Shown: positions 51,135 through 63,119 of the stretch, one piece after another
How positions within the stretch are numbered: the first letter of the stretch is position 1
How the letters are laid out: every line of letters begins with the position of its first letter
Assembly (NCBI GenBank): GCA_963718085.1
Contig: CAVQYA010000001.1
Span: 1,308,592 to 1,372,591 of the forward strand
Reading direction: 5' to 3'
From: an uncultured Chloroflexia bacterium
Lineage (GTDB): Bacteria; Chloroflexota; Limnocylindria; Limnocylindrales; CSP1-4
DNA: 64,000 nucleotides
Notes under the pieces: model-generated
Seen by the model: the letters and a program-made list of their open reading frames with translations, nothing else
Database searches by the model: none
What the model was told of the DNA's origin: nothing
Position numbers and translations under genes: made by a program

Positions 51135-52775
51135 TCAGCGGCGGCGCCCCGAGCGCCCGAAGAGCGTCCCGAAGACGCCCCGGAGGAGGTCGCCGCCGAC
51201 GTCCTCGATCATGTCCTGCTGGCGTTTCGCGGCGCGCGCCGCCTCCCGTCGGGCGGCTGCGTCCTGGCGGGTCTGCTCGCGCTCGGCCGCGCTTGCCTGG
51301 CGCGCGGCCTCGCGGCGGATTCGCTCCAGCTCGCGGGCGCGCGCCTCGATGGCCCGCCGCTCCTGGGCCGGGGTCGGAGCGGGTACGCCGGGAGCTCCCG
51401 TGGCACCCACCATCGCCGCCTTCGCGGCGGCGATTCGCGCGGAGAGGATCTCGTGGGCGCTCTCCCGGTTGACCGGGGCCGCGTAGGTCGCGTAGAGGGA
51501 CCCCGCGCTGATCCGCCGTTCCATCTCGTCCGGCGGGATCGCGGCCATGAGCGAGTCCGGCGGGACCAGGCGCGTCGGCGCGAGGGGCGTCGGAACGCCG
51601 CGCGGGGAGAGGACGGTGACGAGCGCCTCGCCGGTTCCCAGGGACATGATCACCTGCCCGGTGTCGAAGTAGTCGGTCATGGGGAACGTGCGGACGGTCT
51701 TCTTCAGGTTGTCGGCGTCCTCGGGGGTGAAGACGCGCAGCGCGTGCTGGACGCGGTTGCCGAGCTGGGCCAGGACGGAGGCGGGCACGTCGGTCGGGAC
51801 CTGGGTGACGAAGAAGACGCCCACGCCCTTCGACCGGATGAGGCGGACGGTGCGCTCGACCTGGTCGAGGAGCGCCTTGCTCGCGTCGTCGAACAGGAGA
51901 TGCGCCTCATCGAAGAAGAAGGCCAGCTTCGGCTTGGGCAGGTCGCCGGCCTCGGGAAGCGATTCGTAGAGCTGGGCGAGCATCCAGAGCATGAAGGTGC
52001 TGAACAGCACCGGCTTGTCCATGACGTCCGAAAGCTCGAGGACGCTGATGATCCCCTGGCCGGCGGGCGTGGTCCGCATGAGGTCCTCGACCTCGAACTC
52101 GGGCTCACCGAAGAAGGCGGCCGCGCCCTGCTGCTCGAGGCCGACGATCGAGCGGAGGATGACGCCCAGAGTCGCAGGGGCGATCCCGCCGTAGTCCTCG
52201 AGGACGACCTTGCCCTCGTCGGAGCCCAGGAACTTGAGTGTGGTGCGCAGGTCGTCGAGGTCGAGCAGGGCCAGGTCGTGGTCGTCGCAGTACTTGAAGA
52301 CGAGGGCGAGAACGCTGGTCTGGGTCTCGTTGAGGTCGAGGACCTTGCCCAGGAGGAGTGGACCGAAGGAGTGGACGGTGGCCCGGACCTGGGCGCCGAG
52401 CTTCCCCGTGAGCGAGAGGAGCTCGATCGGGTGGCCGTCCGGCTTGAAGTCCCAGCCGAGCTCCTTGACCCGGGCCAGGACCTTGGGATTGGCCGCGTCC
52501 CCCGGCAGCGCGAGCCCGGTGAGGTCGCCCTTGATGTCCGCGATGAGGACCGGGACGCCGGCCGCGGAGAGCTGGCCGGCCAGCACCTGCAGGGTCTTCG
52601 TCTTGCCGGTGCCGGTGGCGCCCGCGATCAGCCCGTGGCGGTTGACCATGGAGAGCGCGATCTGGACGCGAACGTCCGGGATCGCCACGGTGTTCTCCAT
52701 CGGGCACCCCAGGACCAGCGCCGGCTCCTCGAGGGCGTAGCCCGTCGCCATCGCGTCGTGGAACGTCTGGGCCAT
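51135..52775 (-). CDS. DUF853/YjgR HerA-like ATPase
   Basis: NRHGLIAGATGTGKTKTLQ, D.KGDL.G, FFDEAHLLF, RSKGVG, QLGNRVQHALR. Confidence 0.92.
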   Translation of the reverse strand: MAQTFHDAMATGYALEEPALVLGCPMENTVAIPDVRVQIALSMVNRHGLIAGATGTGKTKTLQVLAGQLSAAGVPVLIADIKGDLTGLALPGDAANPKVLARVKELGWDFKPDGHPIELLSLTGKLGAQVRATVHSFGPLLLGKVLDLNETQTSVLALVFKYCDDHDLALLDLDDLRTTLKFLGSDEGKVVLEDYGGIAPATLGVILRSIVGLEQQGAAAFFGEPEFEVEDLMRTTPAGQGIISVLELSDVMDKPVLFSTFMLWMLAQLYESLPEAGDLPKPKLAFFFDEAHLLFDDASKALLDQVERTVRLIRSKGVGVFFVTQVPTDVPASVLAQLGNRVQHALRVFTPEDADNLKKTVRTFPMTDYFDTGQVIMSLGTGEALVTVLSPRGVPTPLAPTRLVPPDSLMAAIPPDEMERRISAGSLYATYAAPVNRESAHEILSARIAAAKAAMVGATGAPGVPAPTPAQERRAIEARARELERIRREAARQASAAEREQTRQDAAARREAARAAKRQQDMIEDVGGDLLRGVFGTLFGRSGRRR

Positions 52776-53064
52776 CGGTGATCTCTCCCCTGGCGCCTGG
52801 CTTTCCCGGTCGGGTCTCCGCCCACGCCGGCCGTGGCGCGGCAGGCGCCTATCATCGCGCACTCGCCGGGCCGAAGGCGGGCGGGGGGGCGCCTCCGGGC
52901 TGGCAGGCGGGCGCGCACTCGCCGGGCTCGAGCCGGCGCGGCGGCGGGCGGAGCGGCGGGGGCGCGGGCGGATGCGGGACCGGGGACGCGCGGCGGGGCG
53001 CGACGCGCGGCGGGGGCGCGAGCAGGGCGGTCGAGGGCCCGGCGCCCCCCGCGCCCCGCCGCCC

Positions 53065-53928
53065 CTACCCGCCGGCGCCCCGGAGGTAGCTGCCCAGGAC
53101 CCGGACGGAGGTCGTGACGGCCGCCAGGTCGTCGAGGGCCGCGCGGGCGTCGGGGGCCATCGCGTCGGCGTCGAGGTCAACCCAGAAGACGTACTCCCAG
53201 GGCCGGTCGAGGGCGGGCCGGCTCTCGAGCTTGGACAGGTTGAGGTCGTGGTTCGCGAAGACGGTGAGCGCCCGCAGGAGCGCGCCCGCTTCGTTGCGGA
53301 TCCCCACCACGAGGGTCGTGCGGCACGCTCCCGACGGGTCCACCGCCGTGGACAGCGCGGCGGGCAGGTCGGCTCCGACCGCCGTCACGACCAGGAAGCG
53401 TGTCCGGTTGTCGGGATCGCCCTGGATGTCGGCGGCGAGGATCTCGAGGCCGAACAGCGCCGCGGCGCGCGGCGAGAGGACGGCGGCGGCCCCGCGCTCG
53501 GCCCGCTCGACGAGCGCCTTTCCGGCGCCCGCCGTGTTGTAGGTCGTCAGCAGCGTCCACGGGCGGGTCCGCAGGTAGGCGTCGGCCTGGGCCAGCGCCT
53601 GCACGTGCGAGGAGACGCGCTCGATCTCCTCGAGCCGCTCGCCGGGCAGGGCGGCCAGGCACAGCCGCACCGGCACGACGACCTCGCCCGTGATCTCCAG
53701 CGGGAACTCGAGGAGGAGGTCGTAGTTCTCGCGGACGGTGCCGTTGACGACGTTCTCGATGGGCACGACGCCGGCGGCGGCGCGGCCCCCGGCCACGGCC
53801 TCGAAGACCCCCCGGAAGCCGCCGACCGGCAGGGTCGCGACGTCCTCGCCGAAGTACGCGTGAACGGCATCCTCGGCGAAGGCGCCGGGCTCGCCCGAGT
53901 AGGCCACGACGGGCGCCGGCGTGGTCAC
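53065..53928 (-). CDS. pheA: Prephenate dehydratase
   Basis: GEPGAFAE, PIEN..G.V, SH.QAL.Q, N.TRF, ACT domain with LESRP. Confidence 0.92.
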   Translation of the reverse strand: MTTPAPVVAYSGEPGAFAEDAVHAYFGEDVATLPVGGFRGVFEAVAGGRAAAGVVPIENVVNGTVRENYDLLLEFPLEITGEVVVPVRLCLAALPGERLEEIERVSSHVQALAQADAYLRTRPWTLLTTYNTAGAGKALVERAERGAAAVLSPRAAALFGLEILAADIQGDPDNRTRFLVVTAVGADLPAALSTAVDPSGACRTTLVVGIRNEAGALLRALTVFANHDLNLSKLESRPALDRPWEYVFWVDLDADAMAPDARAALDDLAAVTTSVRVLGSYLRGAGG

Positions 53929-54524
53929 CGGTCGAACCAGCTCCCGCCGATCTCGACCTGCGACTCGTCCAGCTCCGCGCGGCCGCCGGCCCGCGCGGCC
54001 CGCGCGCGAAGCTCGGCCAGGCGCGCGTTGCCGGCGGCCTCGGTCGCCCCCGCCCACGCCTCGTCGGCGAGGAGGGCCCTCAGCGCCGCCAGGTACGCCT
54101 CGGCGCAGGCGGCGACCAGGTTCACGTCGCGAGCCGTTCCCGGGTAGCGGCCGCTCGCCCGCTCTCCCGTCGCCGAGGCCGGAGGCTCCACCACCAGCTC
54201 GACGAGGGCATCCGCACCGGCCGTCTCTCCGATCGCGTGGACGTCGAAGGCGACGAGTCGCACGTGGCCGCCGAGCACGTCCTCCAGCGCCGCGTCAACG
54301 GCGTCGTAGAGCGAGCCGATGGCGCCCGCGCTCTCCGCCGTCGCCTCCCACTGGTGGTCGCCGGCCGCGAGGACGACGGCCGCCCGCCCGGTCCCCGACG
54401 AGCCGGTGGTCATCGTCCAGCGGAGGAGGCGCAGGCCGTTGGGCTCGCGCGGCGCAGCCTGCTCGGGCGGCGAAGCCTGCTCGCGCGGCGCGGCCGGCCC
54501 GGCAGGCTTCCCGTGCTCGCTCAT
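53925..54524 (-). CDS. Stand-alone LeuA/CimA allosteric (LeuA_dimer) domain protein
   Basis: LLRWTMTTGS, GAIGSLYDAVDAAL, LVAFDVHAIGE, G.ARDVNLVAACAEAYLAA align with the C-termini of the neighbouring LeuA and CimA; no TIM barrel. Confidence 0.8.
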   Translation of the reverse strand: MSEHGKPAGPAAPREQASPPEQAAPREPNGLRLLRWTMTTGSSGTGRAAVVLAAGDHQWEATAESAGAIGSLYDAVDAALEDVLGGHVRLVAFDVHAIGETAGADALVELVVEPPASATGERASGRYPGTARDVNLVAACAEAYLAALRALLADEAWAGATEAAGNARLAELRARAARAGGRAELDESQVEIGGSWFDR

Positions 54525-54561
54525 CGCTCTCCCCCGCTCGGTGCCGCGGGCCGGCGGCCCG

Positions 54562-56271
<1,710 letters not shown>

Positions 56272-56329
56272 GGGAGGAGTCCTTCGTTGCGTGGCGGGCC
56301 GGGAGGGGGCGGGGCTTCGGCGGCCGCCG

Positions 56330-57493
56330 TCAGGCGGACGCCCCGCTAATCTCCCCGGGCCCCCCGATCCGGGCCACGATCGCGTCGGCCATGGCGACCG
56401 TCCCGACGCGGACGCAGGCTTCCGCCGCGGCCGGGTCGCGCGGCCAGAGGTCCGCCGTCCGGAAGCCGTCGTCCAGCGCCCCGGAGACGGCCGCCTCCAC
56501 CGCGTCGGCGGCGTCCGCGCGCCCCAGCGACCAGCGCAGGAGCATCGCCGAGGAGAGGATCGTTCCCACCGGGTTCGCCAGGTCGCGCCCGGCGATGTCC
56601 GGCGCGGAGCCGTGGATCGGCTCGTAGAGGCCGTGCAGGCCGTGCGCCGTGCGACGGGTCCCGAGCGACGCGGACGGGAGCATCCCCATCGAGCCCGCCA
56701 GGACCGAGGCCTCGTCGGAGAGGATGTCGCCGAACATGTTCTCGGTGACGAGGACGTCGAAGGATGCGGGGGCGCGGACGATCTGCATGGCGCAGGTGTC
56801 GACGAGCCGGTCGTCGAGGGTCACGTCGGGGTACTCGGCGGAGATCTCGTGGACGACCGTCCGCCAGAGGCGCGAGGTGGCCAGGACGTTGGCCTTGTCC
56901 ACGCTCGTCAGCCGGCGACGGCGGCCGCGGGCCAGGTCGAAGGAGAGGCGGGCGACGCGGGCCACCTCCGGCTCGGTGTAGGGCAGGGTGTCGCTGGCCG
57001 CCCGCGCACCCGGGGCACCGGTCGCCTCGGTTCGCGAGCCGAAGTAGAGGCCGCCGGTCAGCTCGCGGACGATGAGCATGTCGACGCCCTCGAGGAGCTC
57101 CGGCCGGAGCGGCGATGCCGGCACGAGCGCCGGGTGGACGCTCACCGGGCGAAGGTTCGCGAAGAGGCCGAGGCCTCCGCGCATCGCGAAGAGGGCCATC
57201 TCCGGACGGACGGTCGCCCTGGGGTCGTCCCACTTCGGGCCACCGACGGCGCCGAGCAGGATCGCGTCGCTCGCGGCGCACGCGGCGAGGTCCTCGTCGC
57301 GGATGGCGACGCCGTACGCGTCGATCGCGGCGCCGCCCGCGACGAGGTCGGTCCAGGCGATCTCGAAGGCGAAGCGCGCGCCCGCGGCGGCGAGCACGCG
57401 CCTCGCGGCCGCGACGACGTCGGGGCCGACGCCGTCGCCGGGGATCGCGACGAGGCGATAGGCGGAGCTCGGAAGGCTGCCCTCCGCGGTCAC
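56330..57493 (-). CDS. leuB: 3-isopropylmalate dehydrogenase
   Basis: PGDGVGP, GAVGGPKWD, RELTGGLYFG, VDKANVL, NMFGDILSDEAS, EPIHGSAPDIAG. Confidence 0.96.
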   Translation of the reverse strand: MTAEGSLPSSAYRLVAIPGDGVGPDVVAAARRVLAAAGARFAFEIAWTDLVAGGAAIDAYGVAIRDEDLAACAASDAILLGAVGGPKWDDPRATVRPEMALFAMRGGLGLFANLRPVSVHPALVPASPLRPELLEGVDMLIVRELTGGLYFGSRTEATGAPGARAASDTLPYTEPEVARVARLSFDLARGRRRRLTSVDKANVLATSRLWRTVVHEISAEYPDVTLDDRLVDTCAMQIVRAPASFDVLVTENMFGDILSDEASVLAGSMGMLPSASLGTRRTAHGLHGLYEPIHGSAPDIAGRDLANPVGTILSSAMLLRWSLGRADAADAVEAAVSGALDDGFRTADLWPRDPAAAEACVRVGTVAMADAIVARIGGPGEISGASA

Positions 57494-59118
57494 GGCAGGA
57501 GCTCCGCCGGCCGGCGCATCGGGATGACCGTGCCGTCGCTCTCGGCTGCACGAAGCTTGTTGGCGGCCAGGACGTACGCCTCCAGCGACGCCTCGATGAT
57601 GTTCGTGGAGAGGCCGTGGCCCGTCACCACGTGGGCCCCGGGGCCCTCGTCGATGGAGCGGCGGCAGCGGATGAAGACGCGGCCCTGCGCGTCCTCGCCC
57701 TCGGAGATCGCCTTGATCTCGTATTCCTCGAGCGTCGGCTCCCAGCCGAGGATCGGCCTGATCGCGTCGTCGACAGCGCGGTAGAGGGCGTTGACCGGGC
57801 CGTTGCCGGTCTCCTCGCCGGCCCGCGCCTCGCCGTCGATGGTCACCTGGACGTTCCCCGTGGAGCGGCCGCCGTGCGACGACGTGACGCTCCATCCCTC
57901 GAGCACGATCGACGCCGGGACGTCGTCGGCTCGCTGCTGCACAAGCGCCAGCAGGTCGGCGTCGCTGACGTCCTTCTTGAGGTCGGCGAGGGCGATGGCC
58001 TCGCGGTAGACGATGTCGAGGGTGTCGCCGGCGATCTCGTGGCCCAGGTCGCGGAGCTTCTTCTGGAGCCCCTTGCGCCCCGACAGCTTGCCGATCGTCA
58101 GCTGGCTGCCGGAGAGGCCCACGGACTGGGGGGTCATGATCTCGTAGGTGAGCGGGTTCTTGATGACGCCGTCCTGGTGGATCCCGCTCTCGTGGGCGAA
58201 GGCGTTCGCGCCGACGACCGCCTTGTTCGGCTGGATGGCGAAGCCTGTCAGATGGCTCACCAGCCGGCTGGCGGCCGATATCTGCTCGGTCTGGACCCGG
58301 CTCGCGAGATCCGGGAACTGGGTGGGTCGCGTGCGGAGGGCCATGACGACCTCTTCCAGCGACGCGTTGCCGGCGCGCTCGCCGAGCCCGTTGATCGTCA
58401 CCTCCACCTGGCGCGCGCCGGCCTGGACGGCGGCGAGCGTGTTGGCGGTGGCGAGACCGAGGTCGTTGTGGCAGTGGATGGAGACCGTCGCCTGGCCGCC
58501 GACGAGGCGGTAGACGCGCTCCACGAGCGACCCGAACTCGGCCGGGATCGCGTAGCCGACCGTGTCGGGGATGTTGACCGTGGAGGCCCCGGCCTCCACG
58601 ACGGCCTCGTAGACGCGGAGGAGGAAGTCGGGATCCGTGCGCGAGGCATCCTCGGCCGAGAACTCGATCTCGGCGTCTCGTCCCAGGGCCTCGCGGCCGT
58701 AGCGGACCCAGCGGACCGCCTCGGCCAGGGCCTCGTCGCGCGACAGCCGCAGCTTGTGCTTGAGGTGGATGTCGGACGTGGCGATGAAGACGTGGAGGTG
58801 GGGTCGCTCGGCGACCTGGATCGCCTCGACCGCGCGCTGGGGATCGCCGTCGCGGCAGCGGGCGAGCGCGGCGACGGCGACGCCCCTGGTCTCCTTCGCG
58901 ATCCGGTGGACCGCCTCCCAGTCGCCCGGCGAGGCCGCCGGGAAGCCGGCCTCGATGACGTCCACCCTGAGGCGGACGAGCTGGCGGGCGACCTCCAGCT
59001 TCTCCGCGGCGGTCAGGCCGGCGCCGGGCGCCTGCTCCCCGTCGCGGAGGGTGGTGTCGAAGATTCGAACGGTGCCCGCGGGGACGAACGGGCCGGCGGG
59101 TACGGGTACCGACGGCAT
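57490..59118 (-). CDS. leuA: 2-isopropylmalate synthase
   Basis: IFDTTLRDGEQAPG, PDTVG, HCHNDLGLA, GERAGN, AHESGIHQDG, GNGPVNA. Confidence 0.96.
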   Translation of the reverse strand: MPSVPVPAGPFVPAGTVRIFDTTLRDGEQAPGAGLTAAEKLEVARQLVRLRVDVIEAGFPAASPGDWEAVHRIAKETRGVAVAALARCRDGDPQRAVEAIQVAERPHLHVFIATSDIHLKHKLRLSRDEALAEAVRWVRYGREALGRDAEIEFSAEDASRTDPDFLLRVYEAVVEAGASTVNIPDTVGYAIPAEFGSLVERVYRLVGGQATVSIHCHNDLGLATANTLAAVQAGARQVEVTINGLGERAGNASLEEVVMALRTRPTQFPDLASRVQTEQISAASRLVSHLTGFAIQPNKAVVGANAFAHESGIHQDGVIKNPLTYEIMTPQSVGLSGSQLTIGKLSGRKGLQKKLRDLGHEIAGDTLDIVYREAIALADLKKDVSDADLLALVQQRADDVPASIVLEGWSVTSSHGGRSTGNVQVTIDGEARAGEETGNGPVNALYRAVDDAIRPILGWEPTLEEYEIKAISEGEDAQGRVFIRCRRSIDEGPGAHVVTGHGLSTNIIEASLEAYVLAANKLRAAESDGTVIPMRRPAELLP

Positions 59119-60173
59119 CAGTGGGCCTTTCCTGTGCTGCCCGACGCGGTGGCCTGGGCCTGGCCGGCGCGAACGGTGACGGGGTTGAGGAACGGCATGG
59201 CAGCCCGCAGGCCGGCCCCGACCTGCTCGATCTGGTGCTCGCGGTCCTGCGCCCGGAGGCGCTGAAACTCGGGGCGCCCGGCCTCGTTCTCGGCGATCCA
59301 GCGGGCCCCGAAGCTGCCGTCCTGGATGTCGGCGAGGACCGCCCGCATCGTCGTCCGGACGTGCTCGTCGATGATCCGCGGCCCCGAGACGTAGTCTCCG
59401 TACTCCGCGGTGTCGCTGACGGAGAAGCGCATGAAGTTGAGGCCGCCGCGGTACATGAGGTCCACGATCAGCTTCAGCTCGTGCATCGTCTCGAAGTAGG
59501 CGAGCTCGGGCTGGTAGCCGGCTTCGACGAGCGTCTCGAAGGCCATCTTCACGAGGGCCGCCGTGCCGCCGCAGAGGACGCTCTGCTCGCCGAACAGGTC
59601 GGTCTCGGTCTCCTCGGCGAACGTCGTCTCGAGGACGCCGGCCCGCGTGCTGCCGAGCCCCCGGGCGTAGGCGAGGACGCGCGCCCGGGCGGTCCCTGTG
59701 GCGTCCTGGTGGACGGCGAAGAGGGAGGGCACGCCGCCGCCGCTCTCGTAGACGGAGCGGACCAAATGGCCCGGGCCCTTGGGGGCGACCATCCCGACGT
59801 CGATTCCCTCGGGCGGGGCGATGCTCCCGTAGCGGATGGCGAAGCCGTGGGCGAACAGGACGAGCATGCCGGGCTTCAGGTTGGGCGCGATGTCCGCGTC
59901 CCAGGCCGCCTTCTGGGCCGTGTCGGGGATCGCGATCATCACGACGTCGGCGGCGGCCACGGCAGCGCCCGTGTCGAGCACGCGGAGACCGGCGTCCTCG
60001 GCAACCGCGCGGCTCTTCGACGTGGCCGGAAGGCCGACGAGGACGCGGACGCCCGACTCGTGCAGGTTCAGGGCGTGGGCGTGGCCCTGGCTGCCGAACC
60101 CGATGATCGCCACGGTCTGGCCGGCGAGCGCCCCCAGGTCCGCGTCCGCGTCGTAGTACATCTTCGCTGTCAT
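59118..60173 (-). CDS. ilvC: Ketol-acid reductoisomerase
   Basis: [33 protein letters not shown]. Confidence 0.97.
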   Translation of the reverse strand: MTAKMYYDADADLGALAGQTVAIIGFGSQGHAHALNLHESGVRVLVGLPATSKSRAVAEDAGLRVLDTGAAVAAADVVMIAIPDTAQKAAWDADIAPNLKPGMLVLFAHGFAIRYGSIAPPEGIDVGMVAPKGPGHLVRSVYESGGGVPSLFAVHQDATGTARARVLAYARGLGSTRAGVLETTFAEETETDLFGEQSVLCGGTAALVKMAFETLVEAGYQPELAYFETMHELKLIVDLMYRGGLNFMRFSVSDTAEYGDYVSGPRIIDEHVRTTMRAVLADIQDGSFGARWIAENEAGRPEFQRLRAQDREHQIEQVGAGLRAAMPFLNPVTVRAGQAQATASGSTGKAH

Positions 60174-60751
60174 CGCTTCGTGGCCTCCTCGATCGACTGA
60201 GCGCCCCGCGACATGACGACGGTCCCGGTCCGCACCAACTCCTTGATCCCATAGCCGCGGAGGAGCGCGACCAGCGCGTCCACCTCGGACTCCGTGCCCA
60301 CCGTCTCCACGATCACCGCCTCCGGCGCCATGTCCACGATCCGGGCCCTGTGCATCTCCACGATCGAGATCAGCTCCCCGCGGTTGCGGTCGGTCGCCCG
60401 CACCTTCACGAGGGCCAGCTCGTGCTGGACGGTCGGCTCGTCGGTGACGTCCTGGACCTTGAGCACGTCGATGATCTTGTAGAGCTGCTTCGCCGCCTGC
60501 TCCACGAGGACGTCGTCCGCGCGGAGGGTGATCGTCATCCGGCTGATGTCCGGATCGTCGAGGTGGCTGACGGCGAGTGACTCGATGTTGAAGCTCCGGG
60601 CGCGCATGAGGCTCGACACCCGGTTGAGGACGCCGGGCCGGTTGTTGACGATCGCCACCAGGACGTGGCGGCGCTGCTCGCCGGTCCCCGGCAGGTCGCG
60701 CGGCGGGGGCGCGCTGTGGGCGGGCACCCTGGCGGATCCGTCGGGGCTCAT
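60170..60751 (-). CDS. ilvN: Acetolactate synthase regulatory subunit
   Basis: [39 protein letters not shown]. Confidence 0.95.
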   Translation of the reverse strand: MSPDGSARVPAHSAPPPRDLPGTGEQRRHVLVAIVNNRPGVLNRVSSLMRARSFNIESLAVSHLDDPDISRMTITLRADDVLVEQAAKQLYKIIDVLKVQDVTDEPTVQHELALVKVRATDRNRGELISIVEMHRARIVDMAPEAVIVETVGTESEVDALVALLRGYGIKELVRTGTVVMSRGAQSIEEATKR

Positions 60752-62676
60752 TCGTCGGCTCCTCCCCAGGTCTCGATGAGGTCGGAGAGCCCCTTGCCGG
60801 CGGGCATGATCGGCAGGACGTTCTGCGCCTCGGCGATCTCGAACCAGACGAGCGCCGGGCCGTCGACCGCGTTGGCGGCCTCGATGGCCGGCCGGACCTC
60901 CTCGGGAGTGCGAACCTTCCAGGCAGGGAAACCGTAGGCGTCGGCCAGCTTCAGGTAGTCCGGGCCGAACATGTTCGATGAGTGGTAGTTGGCGGAGTAG
61001 AAGATCTCCTGCCACTGCCGGATCATCCCGAGCTTCTTGTTGTCGAGAAGGGCGATCCGGACCGGGATCCGGTCCTGGACGAGCGTCGCCAGCTCCTGGA
61101 GGGTCATCTGGAAGCCGCCGTCGCCGCAGATGGCCCAGGTCACCTTGTCGGGGCGGCCGAGGGCGGCGCCCATCGCGGCCGGGAGCGCGTAGCCCATGGT
61201 GCCGAGGCCGCCGGAGCTCAGGTGGCTGTTCGGTCGTCGGTAGCCCGCGTAGCGCGCCGTCCACATCTGGTTCTGGCCGACGTCGGCCACGAGCGTCGCG
61301 TCATGCCCGGTCGCCTCGCCGATCTGGGCGACCACGAAGTCGGCCGAGAGCTGGCCGTCGCGCCAGGCTCCCGAGCCGTGCCAGCTGGATCCCTCCGATT
61401 CCCGGCGCCATTCGGCGAGCTGGGCCAGGTAGGCGGCCCGCTCGGACTCCGCCGCCTCGTGCACCAGGGGAAGCAGCCCGCCGAGGACGCGCTTCGCGTC
61501 GCCCACGACGGGGACGTCGACGGCGACGTTCTTGCCGATCTCGGCCGGGTCGATGTCGACGTGGACGATGCGGGCGTAAGGCGCGTAGGTGCGCACGTTG
61601 CCGGTGACCCGGTCGTCGAAGCGCATCCCGACGGCGACGAGCAGGTCGGCCGACTGGATCGCCCGGTTGACGTGCTTCCAGCCGTGCATCCCCATGTAGC
61701 CGTAGGCCAACGGATGCGTCTCGTCCATGGCCCCGATCCCGAGGAGGGTCCAGGCGACCGGGATCCGGGTCTTCTCGGCCAGCGCGCGGAGCTCCTCGGT
61801 GGCGTCGGCGATGAGGACCCCGTGGCCGGCCAGGAGGACCGGCCGCGTGGCCTTCGCGATCTCCTCGGCGATCAGCTTGAGCTGGCGGGGGTGGCCGCCG
61901 AGCGTCGGCCGGAAGCCCGGCAGACCGGCCGCGACCTCCTCGTCGGTGGGATGCGGCGCGTCGGTCTCCTGCTGGAGGGCGTCCTTGGTGATGTCGACGT
62001 GGACCGGGCCGGGCCGCCCGGTGCGAGCGATGTGGAAGGCCTCGGCAAGGACTCGGGGGAGGTCGTTCGCGTCCCGCACGAGGTAGTTGTGCTTGGTCAT
62101 CGGCAGGGTGATGCCGGTGATGTCGATCTCCTGGAAGGCGTCCTTGCCCAGGAGCGCGGCGGGCACGTTGCCGGTGATGGCGACCATCGGGATCGAGTCG
62201 AGCTGGGCGGTGGCGATCCCGGTGACCAGGTTCGTGGCGGCCGGGCCCGACGTGCCCAGGCAGACGCCCACCTTGCCGGTCGCGCGGGCGTAGCCGTCGG
62301 CGGCGTGGGCCGCGCCCTGCTCGTGGCGGACGAGCACGTGGCGCAGGTCGGGGTGGTCGCCGAGGACGTCGTAGAGCGGCAGGATCACGCCACCCGGGTA
62401 GCCGAACAGGACGTTCACGCCCTGGCGGAGGATCCCTTCCACGAGGACGTCGGCACCGATGCGGGCGCGCTTCTGGCGCCGCTCGGCGGCCTCCGAGTGC
62501 GCCTGGCTGCCCGCGTGGAGCATCTCGCGGCGGGCCTTCTCCACCGCATCGGCGGCGGCCGTCCCGGCGCCCGGCACGTGGCTGCGGCGCACGCCGCCGA
62601 CCGCGGCCGGTCGTGTCGGAGCCGGAGCGGCCGCGTCCGGCGGACCCGCGGCCCGGTCGTCCTTCGTCATCGCCAT
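60748..62676 (-). CDS. ilvB: Acetolactate synthase large subunit
   Basis: [50 protein letters not shown]. Confidence 0.96.
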   Translation of the reverse strand: MAMTKDDRAAGPPDAAAPAPTRPAAVGGVRRSHVPGAGTAAADAVEKARREMLHAGSQAHSEAAERRQKRARIGADVLVEGILRQGVNVLFGYPGGVILPLYDVLGDHPDLRHVLVRHEQGAAHAADGYARATGKVGVCLGTSGPAATNLVTGIATAQLDSIPMVAITGNVPAALLGKDAFQEIDITGITLPMTKHNYLVRDANDLPRVLAEAFHIARTGRPGPVHVDITKDALQQETDAPHPTDEEVAAGLPGFRPTLGGHPRQLKLIAEEIAKATRPVLLAGHGVLIADATEELRALAEKTRIPVAWTLLGIGAMDETHPLAYGYMGMHGWKHVNRAIQSADLLVAVGMRFDDRVTGNVRTYAPYARIVHVDIDPAEIGKNVAVDVPVVGDAKRVLGGLLPLVHEAAESERAAYLAQLAEWRRESEGSSWHGSGAWRDGQLSADFVVAQIGEATGHDATLVADVGQNQMWTARYAGYRRPNSHLSSGGLGTMGYALPAAMGAALGRPDKVTWAICGDGGFQMTLQELATLVQDRIPVRIALLDNKKLGMIRQWQEIFYSANYHSSNMFGPDYLKLADAYGFPAWKVRTPEEVRPAIEAANAVDGPALVWFEIAEAQNVLPIMPAGKGLSDLIETWGGADE

Positions 62677-62746
62677 CAGTGTGCCTGACCTCCCTGGGCC
62701 CCGCCGCCGGTGCCTCGTCGGCCTCCGGCGAACCTGCCGTTCATGC

Positions 62747-62776
62747 AAAAGCCCCCGCCGGTCTCCCGGCGAGGGC
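62747..62776 (-). terminator. Attenuator terminator of the ilv-leu operon
   Basis: GCCCTCGCCGG-GAGA-CCGGCGGGGGC-TTTT between the leader ORF and ilvB. Confidence 0.88.
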
Positions 62777-62802
62777 CTGTTGGTTCCGTTCGTTCGTCGC
62801 GC

Positions 62803-63003
62803 CTAGCGCTTCGTCCGAGGTCCTCCAGGCTCCCTCCGGGAGCCGCCAATAAGGCCCAGGAGGCCGAGAAGGGAGAGGAGAATGGACCGCAGCGATACGG
62901 GGGCGTCGGGATCGAGCTCGTCGAGCGGCACGTTCACGCGGCGGCCGTCACTCGTCACGACGACGGCGACGGGGCGGCGGTCCTGACCGTTGAGGAGGCC
63001 CAT
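62803..63003 (-). CDS. Attenuation leader peptide (66 aa; Val run and Leu/Ile run)
   Basis: VAVVV and LRSILLSLLGLLGLI; AGGAG upstream; followed by antiterminator and terminator sequences. Confidence 0.82.
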   Translation of the reverse strand: MGLLNGQDRRPVAVVVTSDGRRVNVPLDELDPDAPVSLRSILLSLLGLLGLIGGSRREPGGPRTKR

Positions 63004-63054
63004 GATGCCCGGCAGCTCCTGCGCGGCTCGCCGCGGGTGCGACGAGTGGGGCGG

Positions 63055-63082
63055 AGTGTAGCAGGGATCGGGGTTCCGTCAA
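63055..63082 (-). promoter_or_regulatory. Sigma70-type promoter TTGACG-N16-TACACT with extended -10 TG
   Basis: Near-consensus hexamers about 50 nt upstream of the leader ATG. Confidence 0.75.
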
Positions 63083-63119
63083 ACGACGCGCGGGCCACGA
63101 CGACGCGCGACCCGCCGAG

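Noticed and set aside
48208-51486. 1092-aa plus-strand ORF (and similar long ORFs such as 57115..59265, 2764..5178, 60982..62688)
   Set aside because: Antisense shadows of ALDH/ppk2, leuA, the kamD-like gene and ilvB, typical of high-GC DNA; no motifs.
52800-53064. G-quadruplex or small ORF in the extremely GC-rich gap after pheA
   Set aside because: The G-runs are complementary to nearby C-runs and fit a plain hairpin or low-complexity spacer; there is no independent support.
57490-60252. 920-aa extended LeuA (likewise the extended ORFs for leuB, ilvN, wbpB-like and wbpE-like)
   Set aside because: The extensions are off-frame read-through over upstream genes; the real starts overlap upstream stop codons.
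62690-63050. T-box riboswitch upstream of ilvB
   Set aside because: No T-box consensus (GGTGGNACCGCG) is seen; the leader peptide and antiterminator explain the region.
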